A stretch of DNA of 63,005 bases, counting the filler, from Basidiobolus ranarum (lineage: Eukaryota): assembly GCA_040143965.1 (NCBI GenBank). It is 43 parts of 43 records of this genome, joined end to end, with 100 filler letters (N's around TTAATTAATTAA, not from the genome) between each part and the next. Parts side by side here need not be neighbours in the genome. Positions count along the whole stretch, not along the records: positions 36,760 to 38,125 come from JASJQH010005399.1; positions 38,226 to 39,591 come from JASJQH010005400.1; positions 39,692 to 41,056 come from JASJQH010005401.1; positions 41,157 to 42,521 come from JASJQH010005402.1; positions 42,622 to 43,986 come from JASJQH010005403.1; positions 44,087 to 45,451 come from JASJQH010005404.1; positions 45,552 to 46,915 come from JASJQH010005405.1; positions 47,016 to 48,379 come from JASJQH010005406.1; 35 more parts are not named here. One strand, given 5' to 3'. The notes below the pieces were generated by a model. That model had not been told where the DNA came from. It saw only the letters and a program-made list of their open reading frames with translations, and made no database searches. The translations under genes were made by a program, and so were the position numbers. Positions 36,760-48,479 of the stretch are shown piece by piece; position 1 is the first letter of the stretch, and the number at the start of each line of letters is the position of its first letter.

Positions 36760-38125
36760 TAACTAAGTGCAGAGATGTGATTTTAGATGAAAAAGCAAAT
36801 TTTTCACCTCAAATCACAATTCTTGATCCAGCAAACACAATTGGTACTATTCAGGAAGTGTCTGATGAAATTCCAGCTGTATCTGATCCCTATTCAACCA
36901 AAATATCAGTCCCAAATACATCAAAGGATAATTCAGGACCCAGAAGATCATCCAGCAGGAGAAATAAGCCAGGAAACTGGTGGAACACTTCCAATGATGA
37001 TGTATATGCTTATGCAGCATTCTGAGATGAGCCACAGACTCTAGATCAAGCTTTGGAGTGTCCAGAATCAAAGTTAAGGGAAAAAGCAATGTCAGAGGAG
37101 TTTTCTTCACTTCAGGACAATAAAACATGGGTTTTAAGTCCTCTTCCATAAGGGAGAAAGCCAACAGGTTGCAAATGGGTCTACAAAGTCAAAAACTGAG
37201 CTGATGGAACCATAGAAAGGTACAAAGCAAGATTAGTTGCAACAGGCTATTCCCAGACCCCAGGAGTTGATTTTAATGAAACTTTTACTCCAGTAGCTAA
37301 GTTTAGCTCCATTAGATCAATTCTGGCATCCTCAGCTGCCCATAACCTTGATCTACATCAAATAGATACAAAAACAGCCTTTCTGAATGGAAATCTAGAA
37401 GAAGATATCTATAAGGAGCAACCAGCTGGATTTGTTGACCCAGAACAGCCTGATATGGTCTGTAAACTGAAAAATTGCTATATGGACTCAAGAAAGCACC
37501 CAGGGCATGGTACAACAAGATAGATACCTATTTGGAATCTCTGGAATTCCAAAAATGCACAGCAGATCACAGTACTTACATCAAAACAACCAGAAATAGG
37601 GTTCTTATCTTGACACTATATGTGGATGACTTAATCATAGCCACAAATGATCCACAAGCACTTAATCAGACAAAAAGCCACTTATCAAACCAATTTCAGA
37701 TGATTGATATGGGTGAATTAAGTTATTTTCTTGGAATCCAAATGAAGAGAAATAAACCCAATCAGAAAATCATGCTGAATCAGTCTAGATATATCCTAGA
37801 CATCCTAAAATGCTTCCACATGGAGAATAGCAAGCCTGTATCAACACCAATGGATCCAATGTAAAATTAATTAAAATTTCATCTGATTTGGCTCAAAATG
37901 ACTCAAATCAAAGCCAGGAGCTCCCTTATCAATCCATGGTTGGTAGTTTAATATATACAATGGTAGGAACACATCCAGATATTTCTGTGGCAGTGGGAAC
38001 TATCAGCCAATATCTCAAAAATCCAGGATCTGAGCACAAAACTGCATTAAAACAAATATTCAGGTATTTGAGAGGAACTGTAGATCTAGTTCTGGCATAC
38101 TCTGCCACTCCTGATGCACAAAGAT
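36760..38125 (+). mobile_element. Ty1/copia reverse transcriptase (RVT_2), degenerate
   Basis: GCKWVYKVK, RYKARLVATG, LYGLKKAPRAW, LYVDDLII, YQSMVGSLIY. Confidence 0.95.
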
Positions 38126-38225
38126 NNNNNNNNNNNNNNNNNNNNNNNNNNNNNNNNNNNNNNNNNNNNTTAATTAATTAANNNNNNNNNNNNNNNNNNN
38201 NNNNNNNNNNNNNNNNNNNNNNNNN

Positions 38226-39582
38226 TAATGTGATTAACTGTCTATTTCTGCCTAAAGATAAATTTTGCATAGGTCCACACAAATCTGAATGGATTAGATG
38301 CAATTTATTGACAGATTTGATTAAACCAGAGCTCCTGAATGGTTGCCGGGCTTGTTTCCAATATATTCAACCCTCACAAATTTCCATTTTGGTTGGGGGT
38401 TAATCTGAATTCCAGAAATTAGGCAAGTTTTGATCATTTTGCTCAAATAATCAAATCCAATATGGCCAAATCTCTTATGCTATAATTGAGTAGTTTCTTG
38501 ATTGGAATAACTTACACTTACATATAAACCTCTTGGATTATCTGTAACTTTGTACAAGTTCTGATGCTTTTCTCCCAAAGCTAAATAATTCCCATTTTTT
38601 TCAGTGATAGTGCATCCTGATTTATCAAATTAGAATTTTAACCCTATGGCCTTGCATAAAGATATTTAATTCTTGGCAATATCTGGTACATGTAGTACAT
38701 CCTTAAAGTATACACTTTCTCTTCAGAAGCTCCAGTTGTATTGACTTTAACTGTTCCCTTTCAAATAGCATCCAATGCGTGGTTTTCTCTCACAGAAACC
38801 TTTCTAATTGGGTTTTCTTTGTAATCCACCAACCAATGTTTTCATTTGTAAAATGTTGGGAAGCTCCAGAATCAATATACCACATCTGACAATCCTTGCT
38901 GGTAGTCACAGATAGAGCAGATATGAGCAAGTGATCTTCTGTTATAACCATATTTCCAGATTCAGTGTGTTTTCTTCTTTTGCCACTCTTTCAAAGCAAT
39001 CTTGGCTGAAATAACCAGTTCTTTGACAGTAATCACAGAATGTGTTACCTTTCTTCTTAAAGAGCTTTTGACCTTTATAGGAAGGTTTGCCATAGCCTAT
39101 TAAAGCATATTCCTTGTTCTTTTGGTTGGATCCTGATTTGCATAAATCTTAATCCAGAAGTCTGCCAAATGATTAATTTAAGGTCAAATTTTCAGTTCCT
39201 GATTCTAAAGCCATTACTAGGCTCTGAAACTCACGTGGCAGGCTATTCAGGACTGTAATTATGATATCTTGATCAGTTGTAGCTATTCCAATGCTTTCCA
39301 TTTCATCTGCTAAACAGCGACACCAATAATTAGTGATTTAATGTTTTCTTCTGGCTTCATCTTTGACCTTAAGACAAATTTTGTTAAAGGCACTTGTTCT
39401 TTTTTAACTTGGAGTAAATTTACAGTTTCAGATAGTTGTGCATTGTTTTCTTGTCCTACAACAGTGTCCCAGGGTCCTTTTTCTTGCAGCAGTATTTTCA
39501 TTTTAAATTTCCAAACCTGACAATTGATTCCATCCAATTTTTCAGAAGAGGGAAAAGTTCTGTAAATTTGAGAAGTAGACAT
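38226..39582 (-). mobile_element. Copia-B gag, zinc knuckle, protease and GAG-pre-integrase, degenerate
   Basis: MSTSQIYRTFPSSEKLDGINCQVWKFKMK, CDYCQRTGYFSQDC, WYIDSGASQH, LIHSDLCGPM. Confidence 0.92.
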
Positions 39583-39691
39583 TACAGAGAGNNNNNNNNN
39601 NNNNNNNNNNNNNNNNNNNNNNNNNNNNNNNNNNNTTAATTAATTAANNNNNNNNNNNNNNNNNNNNNNNNNNNNNNNNNNNNNNNNNNNN

Positions 39692-41054
39692 GAAGTCGAA
39701 GAGCAATATCATCGCATTCATTGTATTCGTCATCGCCATCATCAATAGCTCTACGCGATTTGGTAGGTGCCAAAGTATCTCTTAGGCAAATATTGACATC
39801 AGCTTTGATGATGTTAAGCACTTTAGCATGGGCCTGAATGTCTTCGCATCCCCTACGGTGTACGTCGTCTTTGGTCCATCCACCAGCACTTTTGACGCCA
39901 ATACAAACATCAGCATCTAGTTTGAGACCTAATATGCGAAGTCGAGCAGCGATATCAGGGCATTCGTTATATTCATCACCATCAGAGCCTCGAGAGTGAC
40001 CGAGGTTCAGGATATTGCCAAGACACACATTCACATCAACCTTGAGAATGCCTAGGACCTTAGCATGGGCAACAATGTCATCACAATTCGACTTGTCAAC
40101 ACGGTCTTTTGACCATCCCTTGCTCCCTCTGATACCAAGGCATACATTTGCGTCCACCTTCAAGCCTAACAAACGCAGATAAGCAGCAATATCAGAGCAT
40201 TCATTGTACTCTCCATCGCCATTGGAGCCCTGAGAGTGGCCGAGGTTCAAGATGTTGCCCAGACAGATATTGGCGTCAGCCTTGATAATTCCAAGGATTT
40301 TGGCATGGGCTACGATATCGGCGCATTCCAACCGATCAACATATTCCTTCGACCAGCCGTTACTACCCTTAATACCAAGACATACATTGGCATTCACTTT
40401 TAATCCTAACAAACGAAGGCGTGCAACAACATTATCGCATTCATTGTAATCTTCATCATTGGAACGTCGAGGGTGACCAAGATTCAGAACATTGCGAAGA
40501 CATACATTAACATCAGCCTTGAGAATTCCAAGTACTTTAGCATGAGCAACAATATCATCGCACTCCAACCTGTCAACACGATCTTTTGACCATCCCTTGC
40601 TCCCTCTGGTCCCAAGGCATACATTTACATCCACCTTCAAGCCCAACAAACGAAGACGAGCGACAATATCGTTGCACTCATTGTACCCTCCATCGTCATT
40701 AGCGCCTCGGGAGTGACCGAGGTTCAAGATGTTGTCTAAGCAGACGTTGACATCAGCCTTGATAATTCCGAGTACTTTAGCACGGGCTATGATCTCGGTG
40801 CATTCTAACCGATCAATATGTTCTTTTGACCAGCCATTACTACCCTTAATACCAAGGCATACGTTGGCATCCACCTTTAAGCCTAACAAACGAAGGCGGG
40901 CAACAATATCATCACACTCGTTGTATTCATCATCACCGGATCTTCGAAGTTTGCGTGGTTCTCTATCATTCTGTAGACAAATATTGACATCAGCATCAAT
41001 AATGTTTAGTATTCTAGCTTTGACCACAAGTGCTTCACACCCCATTCGATTAAT
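39692..41054 (-). CDS. Cys-patterned tandem-repeat protein (internal fragment, five full ~80-aa units), unknown family
   Basis: Stop-free over the whole contig and CpG-normal. Unit = YNEC-x18-C-LGxxGSxGWSK-x7-C-x19-C-linker. Confidence 0.9.
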
Positions 41055-41156
41055 TTNNNNNNNNNNNNNNNNNNNNNNNNNNNNNNNNNNNNNNNNNNNN
41101 TTAATTAATTAANNNNNNNNNNNNNNNNNNNNNNNNNNNNNNNNNNNNNNNNNNNN

Positions 41157-41460
41157 GCTTTTTTCAAGTTTATCAATAGCTTCTATATATCCAAGAAAGA
41201 ATTCATAACTGATATCTGAGTATTTGTAAAGTGATTGGGCACATGCTGTTGTGTGCCACCTACACATTCATTTAGCTATGCGTGCAAAACTTTGGAAGTG
41301 ATGGTTTCCTGTACCAGGGTGGATTTGCATCAGGAAGAATCTGGTTTGACATGATATGTAACTCCTAAATATATCTCTGATGTTACACTTGATTGGTTTC
41401 AATCAGAATTAGGAATATTTGTTGGATTATTTGTTAAAATATGGAAATTAATTTTCTATT
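41157..41460 (-). mobile_element. Third, more diverged piece of the Myb/SANT-like repeat
   Basis: Aligns with 7610-7910. Confidence 0.7.
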
Positions 41461-41468
41461 CTATGATT

Positions 41469-42521
41469 TATTGGGAAAATATGGGCTGTTTGGACAAACT
41501 TTAGAAAAGTGAAGTTCTGAATAGCTTTGTGAGATATTTATTTATTGTCCAGAAATAAAGCAGTTATACATTTTGGTGGAAATACAGAACACTAACACTG
41601 GGGCTGTGTTCAGAACATCTGTGGGAGTAAAATGAGCTATTTTTGGAGCTATTTAGACAAGTTAGAAATTTACAATATGGTAACTCTCATATTATTCACA
41701 TATATATATAATATATGTTCCAATTTTCAGCTAAGTGACATTTGACTAAGTATTGTTAACTAATTTATATGTGATAAATGAAAGAGCTAGGTCTATGAAC
41801 ATAGAGATAACTAATATGATAAAGACAATAAACTTCAACACTCCCGCACAACTAAATATTCATATATCTTAATCCTGACTTAAATCTGAATGCTTCAAAT
41901 TTTGGTTTAGGTAATGGTTTGGTAAGGATGTCAGCAATCATGTCCTCAGTGAACATGCTTAATCTCAATAGCTTCCCTAACAAAGTGCTGTTGAATGTGA
42001 TTGTTCTGACTTCTTGCATGAAAATTGGGATTTTTAGCCAAAGAAATACAACTCTGATTATCCTTGAAAACTATGGTGGGTGAAATTTGAAAAATGCCAA
42101 GTCTTTGATCAGTTTTCTTAATCACAGAGCCTGCTTTGTTGTATGAGATGCTGCCATGTACTCTGCTTCAGTTGTTGTAAGTTCTATGTTGGGTTGTTGC
42201 TTGCTCTTCCAAGATATGGATGCTTCACTATAGAGAAAAGTATATCCAGTCATAGTTCTTCTGTCCTTAATATCACATCCCCAATCTGCATTACTAAACC
42301 AAATTAGATCCCTATTCTCACAAGAATATTTGTATCTTAATCCCAGATCAATTGTCCTCTTCAAATATCTGAAAATCAACTTAACTGCTGCATAATGCAC
42401 AGAACCTGGGTTTTATACATGTTGGCTGACTACTCCCACTGTAAAAGAGATATCTGGCCAGGTTCAAGTCATAGTATAGATCAAACTACCTACCATAGAT
42501 TGCTAAGGGAACTCAGGGCTT
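41469..42521 (-). mobile_element. Copia-A 3' end: RT end/RNase H (41860-42521), PPT and 3' LTR (41469-41840)
   Basis: FSNADWG, ISWKSKQQ, TTEAEYMA, MIADILTKPL, then TAGTTGTGCGGGAG-TGTTGAAG...CCCAATA on the minus strand. Confidence 0.92.
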
Positions 42522-42621
42522 NNNNNNNNNNNNNNNNNNNNNNNNNNNNNNNNNNNNNNNNNNNNTTAATTAATTAANNNNNNNNNNNNNNNNNNNNNNN
42601 NNNNNNNNNNNNNNNNNNNNN

Positions 42622-43686
42622 ATGGTGGTTGTTTTCCTTCTTGTAGATCTATAGGGCAATCATATGGGTGGTGAGCTGGGAGTATGTCAGATTTCTTCTT
42701 GTCAAAGACATCAGCAAAGGCTTGGTGTTTGGGTGGGAGCTTATGAACCATTGGTTTTGTTGGTTTCAGCTCTTCAGCAATACTGTCAATGGATATTGGC
42801 TTTACAGATGTTTTTAGGAGTCAGGCTGGTGATGAGTTGGATATTTTGCAGGTTGGCAAGTATGGACTAGGAGGTGGAGTTTGCTTGAACATTATAATCT
42901 TCTTCTTCCAATTGATTACTGGGTTGTGCTGCATGAGCCATGATATACCAAGGATAACTGGGTGGTGAGGTGAAGAAATGATATTAAAGGCTATTTCTTC
43001 TTGATGAGCAGTGGACATGAGTGTCATAAAGGTTGTCTCATGTGTTACAGCACCTGATGATAGTAGCCTTCCATCAATGGCTTCTATAAGGACTGGACTA
43101 GATTTCTTGATTGTTAGGATAGAGTGGGATTTTACAAAGGCGGAGTCAATGAAACAGGAGGAAGCACCTGAATCAAGAAGTGCAGTTGTTTTTATTGAAT
43201 TGGAATTTGCAAGCAGGAGTGTAATGGGCAGCTTTAATGATTTGTATGACTGCAGAGATTGCAATGTATGGTGAAGATACGTTTTTGAAGGTGGTTTGCC
43301 CAACTGCATGCCCATTATTGCAGCTGGGTGTTGAAGTTTTCTGATGGTTGGGAAGAGGTCTCTTGCATATTGTTGATTTGAATCCAGGATTCTTCTTTGG
43401 ACAGGTTCTTGCTACATGTCCAGGAGCTCCACAATAGAGGCAAAGATTCTCTTGTTGGCATCAATATTTCTCCTCAGGGCTAAGCTTTCTCAAGGGAGTT
43501 CCATCAATTTGCATTGGGTCATCAGCTTGAGCTGTATTTTGTGTTTGATGGAAGGGGGGTCTGAAAGTAGAAGATGAAGGAGAGAAGAAAGGAACCATAT
43601 TTCTTTGTTGTTGTCTTTTAAACAGCCGGTTGTTACATTTAACTGCCTGGTGGATAGCATCAGTTAAGGTCACTGGATCAGCCATA
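42622..43686 (-). mobile_element. Ty3/gypsy gag C-terminus, protease and RT start (Tf1/sushi-like)
   Basis: DPMQID, NLCLYCGAPGHVARTC, ALLDSGASSCFID, VILGISWL..HNPVINW, FADVF...LPAHHPYDCPIDL. Confidence 0.93.
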
Positions 43687-43986
43687 TGTTGAAGTTTATT
43701 GTCTTTAACATATTTGTTATCTCTATCTTTATACACCTAACTATTTCATATATCACATATAAGTTAGTTTACATTACTTAGTCAAATGTCACTTAGCTGA
43801 AAATCAGAACATATCTTATATATATATGTGATTAATGTGAGAATTAGCAATTCCATATTGGAAATTTCAAACTCATCCAAATTGCCCCAAAAATAGCTCA
43901 TTTTACTCCCACAGATGTTCTGAACACAACCCCAGTGTTAGTTTTCTGTATTTCCACCAAAAAGTATAAATGCTTTATTTCTGGAC
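43687..43986 (+). repeat. Copia LTR family A inserted in Ty3 gag
   Basis: Starts TGTTGAAGTTTATTGTC and matches 16312 onward. Confidence 0.9.
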
Positions 43987-45551
43987 NNNNNNNNNNNNNN
44001 NNNNNNNNNNNNNNNNNNNNNNNNNNNNNNTTAATTAATTAANNNNNNNNNNNNNNNNNNNNNNNNNNNNNNNNNNNNNNNNNNNNGTATGATTTGAGGA
44101 AGAACCTCATCTTTGATTATTTATTATCTTTATAGATTTGCTAACTTGGCATCTTGTGCTATTCAAATTAGTGCCTTGGGAGCCATGCTGTGGGGTACTA
44201 TGTCTACTTTGCTGAGTGATACCATTGCTGGCATGTGGTTTTATTAGATTTTTCCAATCATCAAAACTCACTTAACACAAAGCTCACAACCTTGTAAAAC
44301 AGCCTACTTATTAATCCTCATGCCCATTTTATTGAGAAATACCAATTCAAAACCATCATGAAAAAGGTTATGCACTCAACAAGAGATAGCAAAAGAAGGC
44401 AGCCTAGAAGTTGTGAAAATAATAACCAATGAAGTTCTATGCACTCTTGCCAGCCTTACTAACTTAAGTTTAACCAGCCTTGCTAATCAAGTCTGAGGCC
44501 TTGTATCCATTCTTTGATACAGTGCCCTCAACAAAGCAGGACTCAAGGTAGATCAAAATTAGTACATATTGGTCATGACTTTCCAACATACATGCAAACA
44601 GAGCAAATATCTCACTTGGTAGTGCTTTTCACTCTTGTTATGGTAACAGAGCCAGCAAATAGTCTTCTCCTTGTTTTGACTGTATTGGAAACAGTTGTTA
44701 ATTACTAGAGCAAACTCTTCACCTTCTTATTTCTTGTGCTTGAACTCCTGAAGTTTGCTAACTTAGATGTAGATTAAGTGTCTCTTCACCTTCAGTCATA
44801 ATCACTGTTGGTACAAGTAGATACTGGGAAAAATGTCAGAAGAAGTAGAGTTATACCTTTGGCCTTGTTGATGAACTTACAAATGTAGTATTTCTCTTCT
44901 CATGTGCAAAGATTCAGGCTCCAGGTAAGCATTTGCTCCTTTTGTCCAAGGTATTGAGCTGGAATGTAGATGGTATTGCCTTTGTCAACCACCAATTTGA
45001 AGATATTTCAAGGTCTCAGAAGGTAAATCTGCAAAGTGTGAAATGTACAAAGTGTGAACAGAAGGCTGATGTTGGGATGAGAAGGGATATAGAATGGCTT
45101 TTTATACACTTCTTGGAGAAGTATTTGATGATGTTCTCATGATCATAGGCTGCTTTTGTCACAATAAGAAACTGGACAAGGACTGGAAACAACAACAAGT
45201 GGCTAGAAGCAGGAGAGTACTTGGGTGTAGACCACAAGACAAGACAAGGCAAGGGAGATACTTTGGCAAGAATCTTTGTTGAAAACTGGCATTGATCAGA
45301 CTGAGGTCTGATCAAAGAAAACATGGGGCTTATATAGATATTGCAAGGTGAAACATAATATACTGAATAGGGAATATACTGTGGCAAGTTCAAGAGTTGG
45401 GGTGTTGGGGACTACAAGGACCAATACAAAGAGGGATGATGTAAGGATGATNNNNNNNNNNNNNNNNNNNNNNNNNNNNNNNNNNNNNNNNNNNNTTAAT
45501 TAATTAANNNNNNNNNNNNNNNNNNNNNNNNNNNNNNNNNNNNNNNNNNNN

Positions 45552-45716
45552 AATGGTGAGATTGGTATTGTGATGGTTGGTAAAGGACTCGTCAACTACT
45601 CCAGCAAGGAGCTGAATCGCATTAAAGGCTGCAAAGAGACTATGGTCTCAAAGATACTAGGCTATCACGAATCTCCTCTAGTTGTTAAGCAGGAGAATTA
45701 TGTTGCCCTTATGTAA
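45552..45716 (+). CDS. PRO1: Glutamate 5-kinase, C-terminal PUA domain fragment
   Basis: VGKGLVNYSSKELNRIKG...ILGYHESPLVVKQENYVALM* matches the GxGLVNYxSxE..IKG...ILGY end of ProB/Pro1. Confidence 0.85.
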   Translation, partial: NGEIGIVMVGKGLVNYSSKELNRIKGCKETMVSKILGYHESPLVVKQENYVALM

Positions 45717-47015
45717 ATATAAAATACATATAATGTACTTTTACCCACTGCACTAACTGAATGTTAAAATAAAAGTGTTCAATTCATCTATTTATCTTGG
45801 GAATGTCATTCGATAAAGTAGTGTTTACTGTATTTCTTAAAATTAATTCGATATTTAATTCGAATGGGAGGTTATCATTCAATCAAAAAAGAGCAGTTAA
45901 TATTATAAATACGCAATTATCATGAAGATATCGAAATACTTTTTGACGTTTATATTAAAGAACAATTCATTCCTAAACTTGGTTTGAGATTTCTTTGTTG
46001 CTTATTCTTGAAAATTGGTGTATGCACAGACTGCTTAATTTCTATATATGTAATCGAGGAACTAAGATATTTTGTGTGGCTTTAGTGATCTGTCTTCCGA
46101 AATCCTCCGGACGAAAGCAAAAAGACCCGAAGTAACGAAATATTGACGTAACTTAAGACTACCTTTTTTGAAAGTCCTATTCAAGAAAAATGGAAGGGCC
46201 AACCTCTAGCTTTGTTCTGGCTGAATACCAGAGTAAGTCGGGTCCAAACACACCTGCCTTGTACAACAGGAGAGCCATTACGAACGTGTTATTATTATCC
46301 TGAGTATATGTAATTAGCAAGCGATTGCCAAATACAGTCGAGTTCCATTGCTATTGATGTCGTTTTAATTTGCTAACAAAATGGACTTCTCAACCAGACA
46401 TATAGGTATTACTAGTTTGATTTCAAGGCCCAATTAGAGATCATTTATGTGTACAGCCTCTACTTACCAGCGTGGTCTGAAATGATATTATCTGCATTGA
46501 AATTATTCTAGAATGATGCACACATCATTAATCTGTCGCAAATGATTTGTTTAGTAGGACCAAAGCCCTTCTTATATAGATCTTATCTACACATACGATT
46601 GGTTCCGTAAACCAACGGTTTGTATGCTGGATAGAAAATCTAGCGTAATAAGTAAGCGGATATCACTGATTTCGCTCAATACTCTAGTTCTAAATACCTG
46701 AAAAGCAATATAGTGTATTAGGGTGAAGGGTAAAGTAAAGTAAGGCTCAGCATCATTGCATGTCCGTAAAAAAGAACAACGGGTGGGTTAATGCAGAGTA
46801 GAATTTACATGTGTCTACAGCTCATTATAGCATACTTGAATAACTGTGGTTTGTACAAGAATTCTATAGGATTAGCCAAAATGGCAACGTGGAGTATATT
46901 TAGAGTACACACGACNNNNNNNNNNNNNNNNNNNNNNNNNNNNNNNNNNNNNNNNNNNNTTAATTAATTAANNNNNNNNNNNNNNNNNNNNNNNNNNNNN
47001 NNNNNNNNNNNNNNN

Positions 47016-47817
47016 ATTAACGTTCACTGATTCCCGGCCCTCCTCAGTCTGCATGCCCCTCAGTTTAAACTTATCATGGATAGTGTTTTCTGGGCTTTCA
47101 AGCATACAATGCGTGACATTGCCGATATTGGATTGAGTATATGTGTCGAGTTGTTGAACAATGTCGCCTCTTCAGACACCAATATTGCAAATGGCTTCTA
47201 TCAGGGATACTTCCTAAGTTTGCTTCAGGATATTTTCTATGTTTTGACTGATACTGATCATAAGAGTGGCTTTAAACTCCAGTGTTTAGTTTTAAGTCGT
47301 ATGTTCTTGTTAGTTGAGAATGGTTCCGTTAGTGCACCTCTTTTCAACCCCGCCCAAGTCTCCAATCCCAGTACGACGAATTCCATGTTCCTCATGGAGT
47401 ATGTTTGTAATCTGCTGCAAACAGCCTTCCCTCATCTCACTTCGTAAGTACTGTTCATTGATCCGTAGGCGGTTGATCTCATTCTAATATTGAATATTTT
47501 TAGTGCTCAGGTGCAAGGATTTACTAAGGGTATGTTTGACTATGACCAAGACCTTCACAAGTTCAAGCTTCACGTTAGAGATTTCTTAATTCAACTTAAG
47601 GTAACTTATGTATTATGCATGATCCAAGTTTCCACTAAATCATATACTAATCACCCACTTTTCAAATAAGGAATTTGCTGGCGATAATGCTGATCTTTTC
47701 CTTGATGAGCTTGAGGCTGAGGCTGAAGCCAAGAAGAAGGCTGATATGGACGCTGCCATGAGGATCCCAGGTATGGTGAAGCCTTCGGATCTTCCAACTA
47801 TGGACGAGGAAATTTAA
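47016..47817 (+). CDS. CRM1: Exportin-1, C-terminal part; exons 47016-47443, 47504-47600, 47671-47817
   Basis: FPALL...QFKLIMDSVFWAFKHTMRDIAD, DTDHKSGFK, AFPHL, FKLHVRDFLIQLKEFAGDNADLF, IPGMVKPS. GT-AG introns with CTAAT branch sites. One in-frame TGA at 47028. Confidence 0.97.
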
Positions 47818-48249
47818 GTCAAACCACTTTTGAAAACATTTCACCTAAGCACGTATTCTCTTTAATTTTTATTCCATTTTCTCAGATATTGCGTACCTTA
47901 ATGAGCGCCTTTGTATGTACTGCTACAATGCTTTTAGATACTATTCTCTCCCCTCAAATTCATACTCTTTTTCATTTCTCTTGAATTTTACTGACAGAGA
48001 CAAAATCATTCATTTAAATTGAAAATATACATATATATTTCTTTGGACCAACTCAGTCATTTCATTGAACTACAAAGTATATGCTAAAGTTCAAATAATA
48101 GTGAATATGTCTGTGTTATATACATTTGATATATATTAGTTTCATTCATATACAGTAAGTTTTTTTGTAAACAGTTAACTTTGAAACAATCAATATTTGT
48201 TGATCTATATAGTTTTGGTAACAGTAAGATAATTTAGATAGGTATTTTG

Positions 48250-48379
48250 TGTTAAAGTATTTGGGAGGCTGTTGGAAGTGGTTTGGAGAATTAGAGGAAT
48301 TGGTGGTTTTCACTTATTGATTTATTGAGTAGAAAGTTGACATTTATAGTTTTGTCAAGATGTAAACAAACTAACATGT
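48250..48379 (-). repeat. Copia LTR family B, partial, ~430 bp downstream of CRM1
   Basis: TGTTAAAGTATTTGGGAG..., reverse complement of the LTR-B 3' end. Confidence 0.85.
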
Positions 48380-48479
48380 NNNNNNNNNNNNNNNNNNNNN
48401 NNNNNNNNNNNNNNNNNNNNNNNTTAATTAATTAANNNNNNNNNNNNNNNNNNNNNNNNNNNNNNNNNNNNNNNNNNNN

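Noticed and set aside
40252-41056. Plus-strand ORFs overlapping the repeat-protein gene
   Set aside because: Antisense shadows of the repeated coding sequence.
44087-45430. Degenerate CpG-free sequence with a CTKC motif (LINE zinc finger?)
   Set aside because: Probably repeat-derived (its end matches the Myb/SANT repeat), but no diagnostic domain can be read.
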